A stretch of DNA of 64,000 nucleotides from an uncultured Planctomycetaceae bacterium (GTDB lineage: Bacteria > Planctomycetota > Phycisphaerae > Sedimentisphaerales > UBA12454): NCBI GenBank assembly GCA_964492875.1, contig CAZBLD010000007.1, positions 21,949 through 85,948 on the forward strand, given 5' to 3'. Below the pieces are notes generated by a model. The model saw only the letters and a list, made by a program, of their open reading frames with translations. It did no database searches and was not told the origin of the DNA. Made by a program: the position numbers and the translations under genes. Each line of letters opens with the position of its first letter. Positions within the stretch are counted from its first letter, which is position 1. Below, piece after piece: positions 25,433 through 34,184 of the stretch.

Positions 25433-25466
25433 TGAAGATTCAGATTTAGGATTTCGGATTTTTTCT
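25433..25466 (+). repeat. TTGAA...TTTAGGATTT element, copy 3
   Basis: GTTTTGAAGATTCAGATTTAGGATTTCGGATTTTTTC resembles 17702-17757 and 17952-18015. Confidence 0.55.
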
Positions 25467-25494
25467 TTTTTATTGGATATTACTGTAGGTTCAA

Positions 25495-27831
25495 ATGGTA
25501 TTTTCTTCAGAAAACAGTCTGTTTGACATTTCGGGAAACGAGAAAATTCCCTGCGGGAAAATTGTAACTGTTGCTCCGGATACGGGTGTTGATAATGTCT
25601 TTGATTATCTTCTGCCCGACCGATTAGGGGAAGTTCGACCCGGCCGACGCCTTGAAGCGCCTTTCGGCAGGGCAAATAAGCTTATAACAGGATTCTGTAT
25701 AGAAATAAAAAATGCCGAAGCAGATGAAATACAAAAAAGAAAATTGAAATTTGTGAAAAAGGTGCTCGATACTGAACCACTGCTCGACAGCAGACAGCTT
25801 GAGTTCGGCAAATGGATAAGCGATTTCTATGTTTGTCCATTGGGGCAGGTTTTAAGTGCGATGGTTCCTGCTGCCGTCAAAAAAGGTGCGGGTGTGAAAA
25901 AGCTCAAACACGTTTTTCTTGCGGCTGATGAAAAAAACCTCGGTGAACCGCGCGGCAAAAAACAAAAGCAGATTATTCAAGCTCTGAGGGAGACAGGCGC
26001 ATTTGACGCCAAATCAGCAGTTGAGTTGAAGGGCCTTCTTGGGCGGTTAAGCATTGGCGGTTCACCTTTGAACAAACTTGTTCAGGCAGGCATCGTCAAA
26101 TTAACAAGCCAAACTTTCCTGCGAGAACTGCCGGTTGTTCCGAAAGGATTATTATTAAAAACAGATGCCGTGATATTGAATAACGACCAGCAGAAGGTCC
26201 TGGCCGAGATTGAAAAGAGAGTAAATTCCAACAGCTTTTCCGTTGTGCTTTTGCACGGCGTAACTGACAGCGGCAAGACCGAAGTGTATATCAGGGCAAT
26301 TGAAAAGGCTGTCGAAAAGGGCAAAAGCGCAATAGTACTTCTGCCCGAAATTACACTGACCGCTCAGACTGTTCAGCGTTTCGGCAGCAGATTCAAAAAT
26401 GTCGCTGTTATGCATTCTCAGCTTACCGCCTCGCAGCGAAATGCACAGTGGCAGAAGATAAAAACCACATCGCCGATAGTTGTTATCGGTGCCAGAAGCG
26501 CGATTTTTGCGCCGGTTTCAAATCCCGGAATAATTGTAGTAGATGAAGAACACGAGCCGAGCTACAAACAGGATACGGTCCCCAGATATAACGGCAGAGA
26601 TGCTGCAATAAAACTTGCACAAATGGCAAATGCCGTCTGCGTTCTGGGCAGCGCAACTCCTTCGCTTGAAACGCTTTACAATTGCAGGACAAAAAAACAT
26701 TTTACACGCCTGACTTTGCCGAATCGCGTGATGAACCTTCCAAGACCGGAAATGAAAATCATCGACATGGCACAGCAGCATTTCGAAGGTCGCGGCATAA
26801 ATCTCATCAGTTCCGAACTTCTTGGGGCACTGGTGCAAACCCTGCAGAAAAAGGAACAGGCGATTCTACTCCTGAATCGCAGAGGCTACAGTAATTTTAT
26901 TTATTGTCCGAGCTGCAGATATTCGCTCAAGTGTAAAAACTGTGATGTAACTCTGACTTTTCACAAGTCCGAAAAACATCAGAAGACGACGGACCTGACG
27001 GGCAGACTCAAAGGCGGTTTTGCAATGTGCCATTATTGTCTGGCGCAGACACTTGTGTCTAAGAATTGTCCGCTGTGCGGCAAGGCGGTTACGATGATTG
27101 GTCTTGGCTCGCAGCGACTCGAAGACGAACTTGAAGCGAAACTTCCCGATACACGTGTAGTCAGGGTTGACAGCGACTCGATGCAGCACCACGATTATTA
27201 CCGCTTGCTATCGGATTTCGATGCGGGCAGAATCGACATTCTTGCCGGCACACAGATACTTGCAAAGGGACTGCATTTTCCAAATGTTACGCTTGTCGGA
27301 ATAATAAGCGCAGATACATCGCTGCAGCTTCCAGATTTCCGTTCCAATGAAAGAACCTATCAGCTTATCTGTCAGGTCGCAGGCAGAGCCGGCAGAAGCA
27401 GCAAAGGCGGAAAAGTTTACATTCAGACATTTTTGTCGAACCAGCCGGCCATTAAATTTGCGGTTAATGACGATTTTGAAGGTTTTATAAAAGAAGAGCT
27501 AAAACACCGACAGGCCTGTCTGCTGCCGCCTTTCGGCAGAGTGGCTCTGGTACGAATGAGAGATACAAAATATGACCGGTTGATGGGAGCTGCCGATGTT
27601 ATTGCACAGCAGTTAAACAATATTATTTCTTCGCTCAAGCTGGATATAAAACTTACCGGCCCGATGCCAGCTGTTATCGGGCGTATTCAGCGTTTTTACA
27701 GGATGCAGATTATATTGCGGACCGGCAATCCCAATAACTTTGCGGAGCTTTTCAGGACATTTCGCCGACTCAAAATAGCGGTTTCTACCGTTGAAGTGCA
27801 GGTTGATGTCGACCCCGTTAATTTATTATAA
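25495..27831 (+). CDS. priA: Primosomal protein N' (replication restart helicase PriA)
   Basis: Walker A GVTDSGKTEVY, DEEH box, Cys-rich zinc-binding insert (CPSC...CKNC...CHYC...CPLC), C-terminal PriA domain. Confidence 0.9.
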   Translation: MVFSSENSLFDISGNEKIPCGKIVTVAPDTGVDNVFDYLLPDRLGEVRPGRRLEAPFGRANKLITGFCIEIKNAEADEIQKRKLKFVKKVLDTEPLLDSRQLEFGKWISDFYVCPLGQVLSAMVPAAVKKGAGVKKLKHVFLAADEKNLGEPRGKKQKQIIQALRETGAFDAKSAVELKGLLGRLSIGGSPLNKLVQAGIVKLTSQTFLRELPVVPKGLLLKTDAVILNNDQQKVLAEIEKRVNSNSFSVVLLHGVTDSGKTEVYIRAIEKAVEKGKSAIVLLPEITLTAQTVQRFGSRFKNVAVMHSQLTASQRNAQWQKIKTTSPIVVIGARSAIFAPVSNPGIIVVDEEHEPSYKQDTVPRYNGRDAAIKLAQMANAVCVLGSATPSLETLYNCRTKKHFTRLTLPNRVMNLPRPEMKIIDMAQQHFEGRGINLISSELLGALVQTLQKKEQAILLLNRRGYSNFIYCPSCRYSLKCKNCDVTLTFHKSEKHQKTTDLTGRLKGGFAMCHYCLAQTLVSKNCPLCGKAVTMIGLGSQRLEDELEAKLPDTRVVRVDSDSMQHHDYYRLLSDFDAGRIDILAGTQILAKGLHFPNVTLVGIISADTSLQLPDFRSNERTYQLICQVAGRAGRSSKGGKVYIQTFLSNQPAIKFAVNDDFEGFIKEELKHRQACLLPPFGRVALVRMRDTKYDRLMGAADVIAQQLNNIISSLKLDIKLTGPMPAVIGRIQRFYRMQIILRTGNPNNFAELFRTFRRLKIAVSTVEVQVDVDPVNLL

Positions 27832-27873
27832 GTTGCAAAAAGAATAAAAATTTCGTAAAATAGCATTTTTCGG

Positions 27874-27949
27874 CGGGGTGTAGCTCAGCTTGGATTAGAG
27901 CGCTTGGTTCGGGACCAAGAGGCCGCTGGTTCAAATCCAGTCACCCCGA
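27874..27949 (+). tRNA. tRNA-Pro (anticodon CGG)
   Basis: Manual cloverleaf. Acceptor arm CGGGGTG pairs with CACCCCG (C1:G72, as in bacterial tRNA-Pro). D arm GCTC/GAGC. Anticodon stem CTTGG/CCAAG with loop TTCGGGA. T arm GCTGG-TTCAAAT-CCAGT. Discriminator A. No encoded CCA. Confidence 0.9.
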
Positions 27950-27976
27950 TTTTTTGCGACAAAGTCGCAAAAAATA
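27950..27976. terminator. Bidirectional terminator-like hairpin
   Basis: TTTTTTGCGAC-AAA-GTCGCAAAAAA, a perfect palindrome with flanking T and A runs, directly after the tRNA. Confidence 0.5.
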
Positions 27977-28041
27977 GAGCAGTGGAGCAGGTGATAAGAT
28001 GATATGCGGTCAGTTTTCTTATAATTTGCTTTCAAAAATTT

Positions 28042-29550
28042 ATGTCTAAGTATATGAAGAGATTTGGGCGGTTTCTGACTAGAAAATGGCTGGTAAGAGG
28101 AGTAGCCATAGTCATTGTTGTATTTATTGGGATTAAGGCAGTTCACTTTTTTACCGCCAAACCTGTACCACAAATAGATTATGTGGCAATGTTTAACGAA
28201 TTAAGCTGCCCCGGCAATTTCATAAATTACCAGGAAGACCCGAACAATGCGTATAAGGAATATCAAAATGCCTTCGATTATTTTGTGGAGTTTCCCAGGA
28301 TTTTCCAGGATATCCCTTGTCCTTATATAGACTGGCCGGGTGATTTTAACGAAGTCCAGCAAAAACGACTTGAAAGCTGGTTGGTATTGAACGAAGTTAG
28401 CTTTGAAGCATTTCAAAGAGCAGTGCATAAGCCATATTACTGGCGGCATTACTATTCAGGGAATAGTAATATGATGGGTATTGGACTCTATGGATTATCA
28501 GAATTAAGAGAGCTTATCAAAGCGGAATGCTGGCAGGCAAAATGGCAGGCTTGGCGAGGAAATTATACCGGAGCTGTAGATATTATTCTTGACTGTTATA
28601 AAGCAGCAAAACATCTTACAGATGGCAGAAGAATGCTATGTGAGACCCTTAATGGATGTGAACTGAGGAATTTGGCTGTTTCAAGCGGTTTTTTGATTAT
28701 ATCTCAGAGCCATATTGATAGTCGGTCTCTCGAAATTTTTCAGCAACGGTTGGAAAAACTCCTTAAAAATGATTCGGTGAAAATAGATTTTGGAGTAGAA
28801 AAACTCTTTCTCTATGATGTTGTCCAGCGAATGTTTCACCAGAATAAAGACGATGATGGGAAACTTGCATTTCGCTATTTCCCTAGTATGGACTGTTTGT
28901 GTGATGAGGGGAAATACCGGATGCGTCGTTATATTATACAGAGTTTTCTGGGACCGACCAGTAGCGAGACGAAGCAGAAAATCAGCGAATATCTAAGCAA
29001 GTTTAAATGCGTGGCTGATTTGACTCCATACCAAGTTTTTGCCAAAGCCCCGCAATATTTTGAAAAGCTCGAATCTGAACGAAAAAGGGATTTGCTCCTT
29101 GACTTGGTGGCAACTAATTATGAAAAAAGTTCAGCACAGATATATGAAACCAAATTAAGGGCGGAGGCTCTTATTACGACAATAGGTATTTTGCGGTTTA
29201 AGAAAGATAAAGGGCATTTACCGAAAAGCCTGGAAGAGTTAAAGGAGAAAAATTATATCAGCGAAATATATCTTGACCCTTTCAGTGACAAGACGTTGGT
29301 TTACAAACTACTTGATAGTGATTTTGCTCTATACAGCGTGGGTAAAAATTTCAAAGATGACGAAGGTGAACCAGGTTTTAGGCCGAGTATCTATCCGGCA
29401 TCCTGTTTTCCATTAGGGCAGAAAGGTGATGATATAGTGCTCTGGCCGATAAAGACATCATATACTTATTATGAGGAAAGAAAAAATAATTTTAAATCCC
29501 AACCCCCTTTATTTCGCAACTTACCCCAACACGAAATCCCTGAGCAGTAA
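28042..29550 (+). CDS. Membrane-anchored hypothetical protein
   Basis: N-terminal TM (VAIVIVVFIGIKAVHFF). The C-terminal stretch LPKSLEEL...YLDPFSDKTLVYKL...FALYSVGKNFKDDEG resembles the C-terminal region of type II secretion pseudopilin-like proteins (weak, from memory). Confidence 0.5.
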   Translation: MSKYMKRFGRFLTRKWLVRGVAIVIVVFIGIKAVHFFTAKPVPQIDYVAMFNELSCPGNFINYQEDPNNAYKEYQNAFDYFVEFPRIFQDIPCPYIDWPGDFNEVQQKRLESWLVLNEVSFEAFQRAVHKPYYWRHYYSGNSNMMGIGLYGLSELRELIKAECWQAKWQAWRGNYTGAVDIILDCYKAAKHLTDGRRMLCETLNGCELRNLAVSSGFLIISQSHIDSRSLEIFQQRLEKLLKNDSVKIDFGVEKLFLYDVVQRMFHQNKDDDGKLAFRYFPSMDCLCDEGKYRMRRYIIQSFLGPTSSETKQKISEYLSKFKCVADLTPYQVFAKAPQYFEKLESERKRDLLLDLVATNYEKSSAQIYETKLRAEALITTIGILRFKKDKGHLPKSLEELKEKNYISEIYLDPFSDKTLVYKLLDSDFALYSVGKNFKDDEGEPGFRPSIYPASCFPLGQKGDDIVLWPIKTSYTYYEERKNNFKSQPPLFRNLPQHEIPEQ

Positions 29551-29565
29551 AACAGGTAAGCAGAT

Positions 29566-30690
29566 ATGAAAGAAATTAAAAAGGTTATCTGCGTATTAAT
29601 AATGATTGCTATGCTAGCTTTTTTACAAACACTCTTTTCTCAATCTGATTCAGAAAATGCGCGACAAATCAGTTTCAGAGACCGGCTATTGCCTGCTCCG
29701 CTCGATGGCGGATTCAAGATGGAAGGTTACTGGGTCTGGTGTGGTTCGGTTATCAAGGGAGAAGACGGGAAATATCATATGTTCGCGTCACGCTGGCCGA
29801 AGGGGCTGCCGTTTAGTCCACACTGGTTGACGAATTCCGAAGTTGTCAGAGCGGTTTCCGATAAGCCAGCCGGCCCATACAAATTTGAGGAGGTGGTTTT
29901 GCCGCCGCGAGGTGAAGAATACTGGGACGGGAAAATGACCCACAATCCGGTTATCTGCAAATCCGGCGATACCTATTTACTGTATTACACCGGAACAACT
30001 TATCACGGCGATATGCCGACGCCGGAAAATCCGACCAAAGAGGATTCGCCGTTGAAACTGGAAGCCCATCAACATGAGAGAGTAGGATTGGCTACTTCAA
30101 AGTCTGTCTATGGTCCCTGGGAAAGAAGAGACAAGCCGATTTTAGATGTCCGGCCGAACAGCTGGGAGCAGTATTTAATAAGCAATCCAGCTCCCATTGT
30201 AATGCCGGACGGCAGGATTTATTTATTTTATAAAGGAGTGGAGAGACTCAAGAAACATGCCATTGGACTTGCGGCGGCGAAAAGTTACGAGGGGCCTTAT
30301 GTGCGTGTTTTTGATAAGCCCTTTGAACTTGGAGTGGATGCCGAGGACCCGACTATCTGGTTTGAAAATGGGAAATATCATATGCTGCTGCTTGATTGGG
30401 CGCATAAATATTCTGATAAGGAAATATATTATATTGTTTCGGATGATATTTTGCATTGGAAAGCCCAGCCGAATCCGGTGGCAATCACCAAAAATATTCT
30501 TTGGCAGGATGGCAAGTACAGAAAAATGGATAGTACCGAACGGCCACAGATTTTAATGGAAAATGGAAGAGCAACATACGTGTTTTTTGCTACCGGACAA
30601 ACAATTAATGGAGAGAAATCAACCTGGTGTATGTCGATTCCATTGAAGCCCCAAGAGGAGGTTAAGAGTTCTCCTGCCGTTAAGAATTGA
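29566..30690 (+). CDS. Secreted beta-propeller glycoside-hydrolase-like protein (GH43/32-clan-like)
   Basis: Signal peptide. Repeated blade-like segments (GKYHMFAS, DTYLLYYTG, GRIYLFYKG, GKYHMLLL). Family assignment is tentative. Confidence 0.45.
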   Translation: MKEIKKVICVLIMIAMLAFLQTLFSQSDSENARQISFRDRLLPAPLDGGFKMEGYWVWCGSVIKGEDGKYHMFASRWPKGLPFSPHWLTNSEVVRAVSDKPAGPYKFEEVVLPPRGEEYWDGKMTHNPVICKSGDTYLLYYTGTTYHGDMPTPENPTKEDSPLKLEAHQHERVGLATSKSVYGPWERRDKPILDVRPNSWEQYLISNPAPIVMPDGRIYLFYKGVERLKKHAIGLAAAKSYEGPYVRVFDKPFELGVDAEDPTIWFENGKYHMLLLDWAHKYSDKEIYYIVSDDILHWKAQPNPVAITKNILWQDGKYRKMDSTERPQILMENGRATYVFFATGQTINGEKSTWCMSIPLKPQEEVKSSPAVKN

Positions 30691-30699
30691 TACAATCTT

Positions 30700-32298
30700 T
30701 TATTTTTGCCGGAGAGCGTTAAGCGTTGCTTTGCGAAGAATTTCCATAGGACAGTCTTTGTGTGTAAATAATTTGAACTGTTCAGCGGCCTGGTTGATAA
30801 ACATCTCGGCTCCGCTGACGGTTTTTGCGCCGACCTGTTTTGCCCCCTTTAAAAGGGGAGTTTCCATCGGGTTATAAACCGTATCAAATACGACCATTGA
30901 TGATTTCAGGCACTTTATCGGCACAGGACTTGCATCGGTTTTGGGATACATCCCGATACTCGTGCAGTTAATAATAATTTCCGCGTCCATTTGCTCAATT
31001 GCATCGAGGCCGGCAGAATGACAGCCAAATTCCAGAGCAAGATTGTGAGCCTTCGAGACAGTGCGATTATATATCGTAACCTTTGCTCCGGCATCGGCCA
31101 GGCCGGCAACGATTGCTCTTGCCGCGCCGCCTGCGCCGATAACAGCCACAGTTCTATTGTGAAGCTGCTTTCTCCTGATACCTAAAGCTGTTGTTAATGC
31201 GTCCATCGCACCGGCATAATCGGTGTTGTAGCCGGTTATTCTTTCGTTAAATCCAATTGTCAGCGTATTAACCGCGCCGATTTTTACCGCTAAAGGCTCG
31301 ATATATTCGCCTTTTGCCCTTGCATATTCGAGAGCATCGGTCTTGTGCGGAATTGTTACGCTGAAACCTCTGAAATCAAGCCAGGGCCTTGCAGTTACAT
31401 TATCGAGAAATTCATTGAATTCTCTTTGCCCACCCGATACGAGCAGAGGCAGAAAAAGGCTGTTCATTTTTTCAGCCTCAAAACAAGCATTATGTACAGC
31501 GGGGCTGATTGAGTGTTTCACCGGGTCGGCAATTACGCCGAAAAGTTCGGTTTTGCTGTTTATTGTGTCGAACCGGTATAGTTCCTTCATTTTTTTTATT
31601 GTCAACTGTCCTGGTGCAGTAGAGTCATTTTCCTCGATGTTCGCAAAAGTCAGGAATGCGTCGAGTTTTTTTGCAATTATTCTGCTGATAACGCCGGCCT
31701 GGCCCATACAGATTGCAATTGCCTTTTTGCCATGCTTTTTGAGGATGTCGAATGCCGCAAAGCAATCGTTTATATGGCCAGCCTGGTATGCGGTTTTGGC
31801 TATTGCTGAGGGGAAAGCAGCAAAAATCTGTTCATAGATACTGCTTAAATCTTCAAACGTGCCGGTAAAATTATGTGCTGAAAGTATGAGTTTTGTTTTA
31901 TTATTTTCCGGCAGCGTTTTTCTCAAGCAATCGCTGAAATCGTTTTTTTGAAAATTTACATATTCACAGTCGATGAAATCCGCACCGAGTTTGACAGCTT
32001 CAGTCAGAATCTGTCTGCGAACAGAAGAATTTAGGTTGTTTTGTCCGCCTTCTGCGGCATCTCGGCAGGTAACAATTATCGGCAGGCTGGTTTTTTTTGC
32101 AAATCCGATGACTTCCCGCAGTGGCATAAGCCATCTTGACGAATTATCGGCATTAAGCCCTTCTCCGTTAGGAGTCCCAAGGACGAGGTAATCTGTCCGC
32201 AATTCGAGCATTTCCGCACCAGCTCTATGAGCTGTGGTTATTTGCTCCTTACAGTCTTCCAAATTTTTTCCTGAGATTGGAATGGCCAGATAGGTCAT
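30700..32298 (-). CDS. aroDE: Bifunctional 3-dehydroquinate dehydratase (type I) / shikimate 5-dehydrogenase
   Basis: N-terminal AroD-like region (ELRTDYL...PIIVTCR...SAHNF...AKTA). C-terminal AroE-like region (SISPAVHN, SVTIPHK, NTDYAG, GAGGAARA). Confidence 0.85.
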   Translation of the reverse strand: MTYLAIPISGKNLEDCKEQITTAHRAGAEMLELRTDYLVLGTPNGEGLNADNSSRWLMPLREVIGFAKKTSLPIIVTCRDAAEGGQNNLNSSVRRQILTEAVKLGADFIDCEYVNFQKNDFSDCLRKTLPENNKTKLILSAHNFTGTFEDLSSIYEQIFAAFPSAIAKTAYQAGHINDCFAAFDILKKHGKKAIAICMGQAGVISRIIAKKLDAFLTFANIEENDSTAPGQLTIKKMKELYRFDTINSKTELFGVIADPVKHSISPAVHNACFEAEKMNSLFLPLLVSGGQREFNEFLDNVTARPWLDFRGFSVTIPHKTDALEYARAKGEYIEPLAVKIGAVNTLTIGFNERITGYNTDYAGAMDALTTALGIRRKQLHNRTVAVIGAGGAARAIVAGLADAGAKVTIYNRTVSKAHNLALEFGCHSAGLDAIEQMDAEIIINCTSIGMYPKTDASPVPIKCLKSSMVVFDTVYNPMETPLLKGAKQVGAKTVSGAEMFINQAAEQFKLFTHKDCPMEILRKATLNALRQK

Positions 32299-32317
32299 AA
32301 AATCAACTCAAAACTTT

Positions 32318-32899
32318 TCATTCGAGCTGCTGATAGATTCTGTCCAGTACAATGTTGATTGCTGTCAGGTATGCCTTTGCCGTTGCCTCGAACATATCAA
32401 TTGAACAGGCCGTTGTTCTGACCTGTTTGTTGTGATATTCGATTGTCATACTTGCCTGTCCGAGGGAACTTGCGCCGCTGCTTATCATACTGAAATTAAA
32501 ATCCTTTAGAAAGACCCTTATACCTGTTGCCTGGCTGATTGCCGAAAATATTGCGTCAGTAGAGCTGTAGCTGGCCGCTTCGGATGTTATTTGTTTTCCG
32601 TCCAGCGTCCTGAGCACTACTATTGCCGCCGGCAGGATGCTTGGCCCAATGGTGGTTTTAAGCGACACAAGGCTCCATCCCTCCCCGGGTTGGATATGGA
32701 TTTCCTCCACAATAGCTGCAATTTCCTCGGTAAAGATTCTTGCTTTCAGCTCATAGAGGTCGTAAATCCGCTGAAAAAGCTGCTCGAATTGTTTGGCCGT
32801 AAGCTCCCTGCCCATTGCAGCAATCTGCGCGTGTACGATTTCGCGGATTGGAGGGTTATTGTCGTTAAATACCGGATTGTCTGGGTTTTGCAAAACCAT
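32318..32899 (-). CDS. Stand-alone LeuA-dimer (isopropylmalate-synthase regulatory)-like domain protein
   Basis: The block SSTDAIFSAISQATGIRVFLKDFNFSMISSGASSLGQASMTIEYHNKQVRTTACSIDMFEATAKAYLTAIN resembles the LeuA allosteric domain. ATG 32899 is preferred. The track ORF extends to 33010. Confidence 0.45.
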   Translation of the reverse strand: MVLQNPDNPVFNDNNPPIREIVHAQIAAMGRELTAKQFEQLFQRIYDLYELKARIFTEEIAAIVEEIHIQPGEGWSLVSLKTTIGPSILPAAIVVLRTLDGKQITSEAASYSSTDAIFSAISQATGIRVFLKDFNFSMISSGASSLGQASMTIEYHNKQVRTTACSIDMFEATAKAYLTAINIVLDRIYQQLE

Positions 32900-33068
32900 A
32901 TTTAGAATCTCGAATTCCGGAAGATAATCTATCAAAAGAATTCTGCAATTGCGACTAAAAAACCATATCTTTTTGTTGTCCTTAAATTTCTTGCCCGAAT
33001 TGCCATTCAATCGTAAAATGGAATTATTAGAATATAGAAGTTAAATAATCCGTGTAAATCTGTGCCTG

Positions 33069-33103
33069 CCCCGTGAGATGCCGTTTCTGCTATCTCATCG
33101 GGG
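33069..33103. repeat. CCCCGTGAGAT...ATCTCATCGGGG hairpin-family element
   Basis: Arms at 33069-33079 and 33092-33103. It sits inside an interrupted CCGTGTAAATCTGTG...GTTAA module. Confidence 0.6.
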
Positions 33104-33131
33104 TTAATCCGTGTCTTAAAAAGGTTTACAA

Positions 33132-34112
33132 GTGCAGATTATAGAAACACTTGAAAAAATCGATAGTGAACTTAAGGGCTGTTGTCTGACGATAGGCAAT
33201 TTTGATGGCGTCCATCTGGGCCATAAGAAAATTATTGCTGCTGCCCGCCGAACCGCTAAAAAATTCGGCAATTGTCCCGTTACAGCTATGACTTTTGACC
33301 CGCATCCGGTGGTCATTCTGCATCCGGAAAAGATTCCTCAGGTTTTAACACCTCTGCCGTTAAAAACCGCTCTGCTCGAAGCAGCAGGCATTGATTATCT
33401 GATTATCCTGAAGGACAGTTACAAACTCCTGACTCTTTCGCCGACAGATTTTATCGATGATTTCCTGATAAAAACCATTGCACCAAAGGTTGTAGTTGAA
33501 GGCGATGACTTCCATTTCGGCTACGGCCGCAGCGGCAACGCTCAATTTCTCCGCCAGCTCGGAAAACAGCTGGGCTTTGATGTTGTTATTATCGAACCAG
33601 AAATTATAAATCTTGGAGGCAATGCCGCAAAGGTTTCGAGCACGCTCATCCGTCATTTGCTCCAGGCCGGCAATGTTGCTGGTGCTGCAAAGGTGCTCGG
33701 CAGACCTTATCGTCTTATGGGCAGGGTTATCAAAGGCAGAGGCAAAGGCACTCAGCTTGGTTTTCCGACAGCAAATATTGACCCGCATGAGCAGATAATA
33801 CCTGCTGAAGGCGTTTATGCGGGTTTTGTTTCTATTGCGGAAAGTATCGAAAAACTCTGTAAGCTTAATCAACAAATCCCTGCTGTATTCAGTCTCGGCA
33901 GGGCAAAGACGTTTATTTCCGCTCATCCTCTGATGATTGAAGCTCATATACTCGACGGCAAAGTTGAAGATTTGTATAATAGCTATCTGGCAATGGATTT
34001 TGTTGATTTTATCCGCCATCAACAGCGGTTTGAAACTGAAGAAAAATTGAAGGAACAAATCGAAAAAGATTGTAGGAAGGCGAAAGGTGCTTTAGAAACT
34101 CACAGAGCCTGA
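33132..34112 (+). CDS. ribF: Bifunctional riboflavin kinase / FMN adenylyltransferase
   Basis: GNFDGVHLGH, then a C-terminal riboflavin kinase block (GRVIKGRGKGTQLGFPTANI...IEAHILD). Confidence 0.9.
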   Translation: MQIIETLEKIDSELKGCCLTIGNFDGVHLGHKKIIAAARRTAKKFGNCPVTAMTFDPHPVVILHPEKIPQVLTPLPLKTALLEAAGIDYLIILKDSYKLLTLSPTDFIDDFLIKTIAPKVVVEGDDFHFGYGRSGNAQFLRQLGKQLGFDVVIIEPEIINLGGNAAKVSSTLIRHLLQAGNVAGAAKVLGRPYRLMGRVIKGRGKGTQLGFPTANIDPHEQIIPAEGVYAGFVSIAESIEKLCKLNQQIPAVFSLGRAKTFISAHPLMIEAHILDGKVEDLYNSYLAMDFVDFIRHQQRFETEEKLKEQIEKDCRKAKGALETHRA

Positions 34113-34184
34113 AGCGAAAACGACAGGAGGAATTCCCCCCTGTGCTATCGCTTGGGCTCTGATAACTGATTAAGAAGGATTTAT

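Noticed and set aside
17048-25466. Prophage or integrative element carrying the HNH-AP2 gene and the operon
   Set aside because: No integrase, capsid, terminase, portal or tail genes are present, and no attL/attR pair is linked to the tRNA (27874-27949 lies beyond priA). Only an IS stump and short repeats support mobility, so I describe it as an accessory islet, not a prophage.
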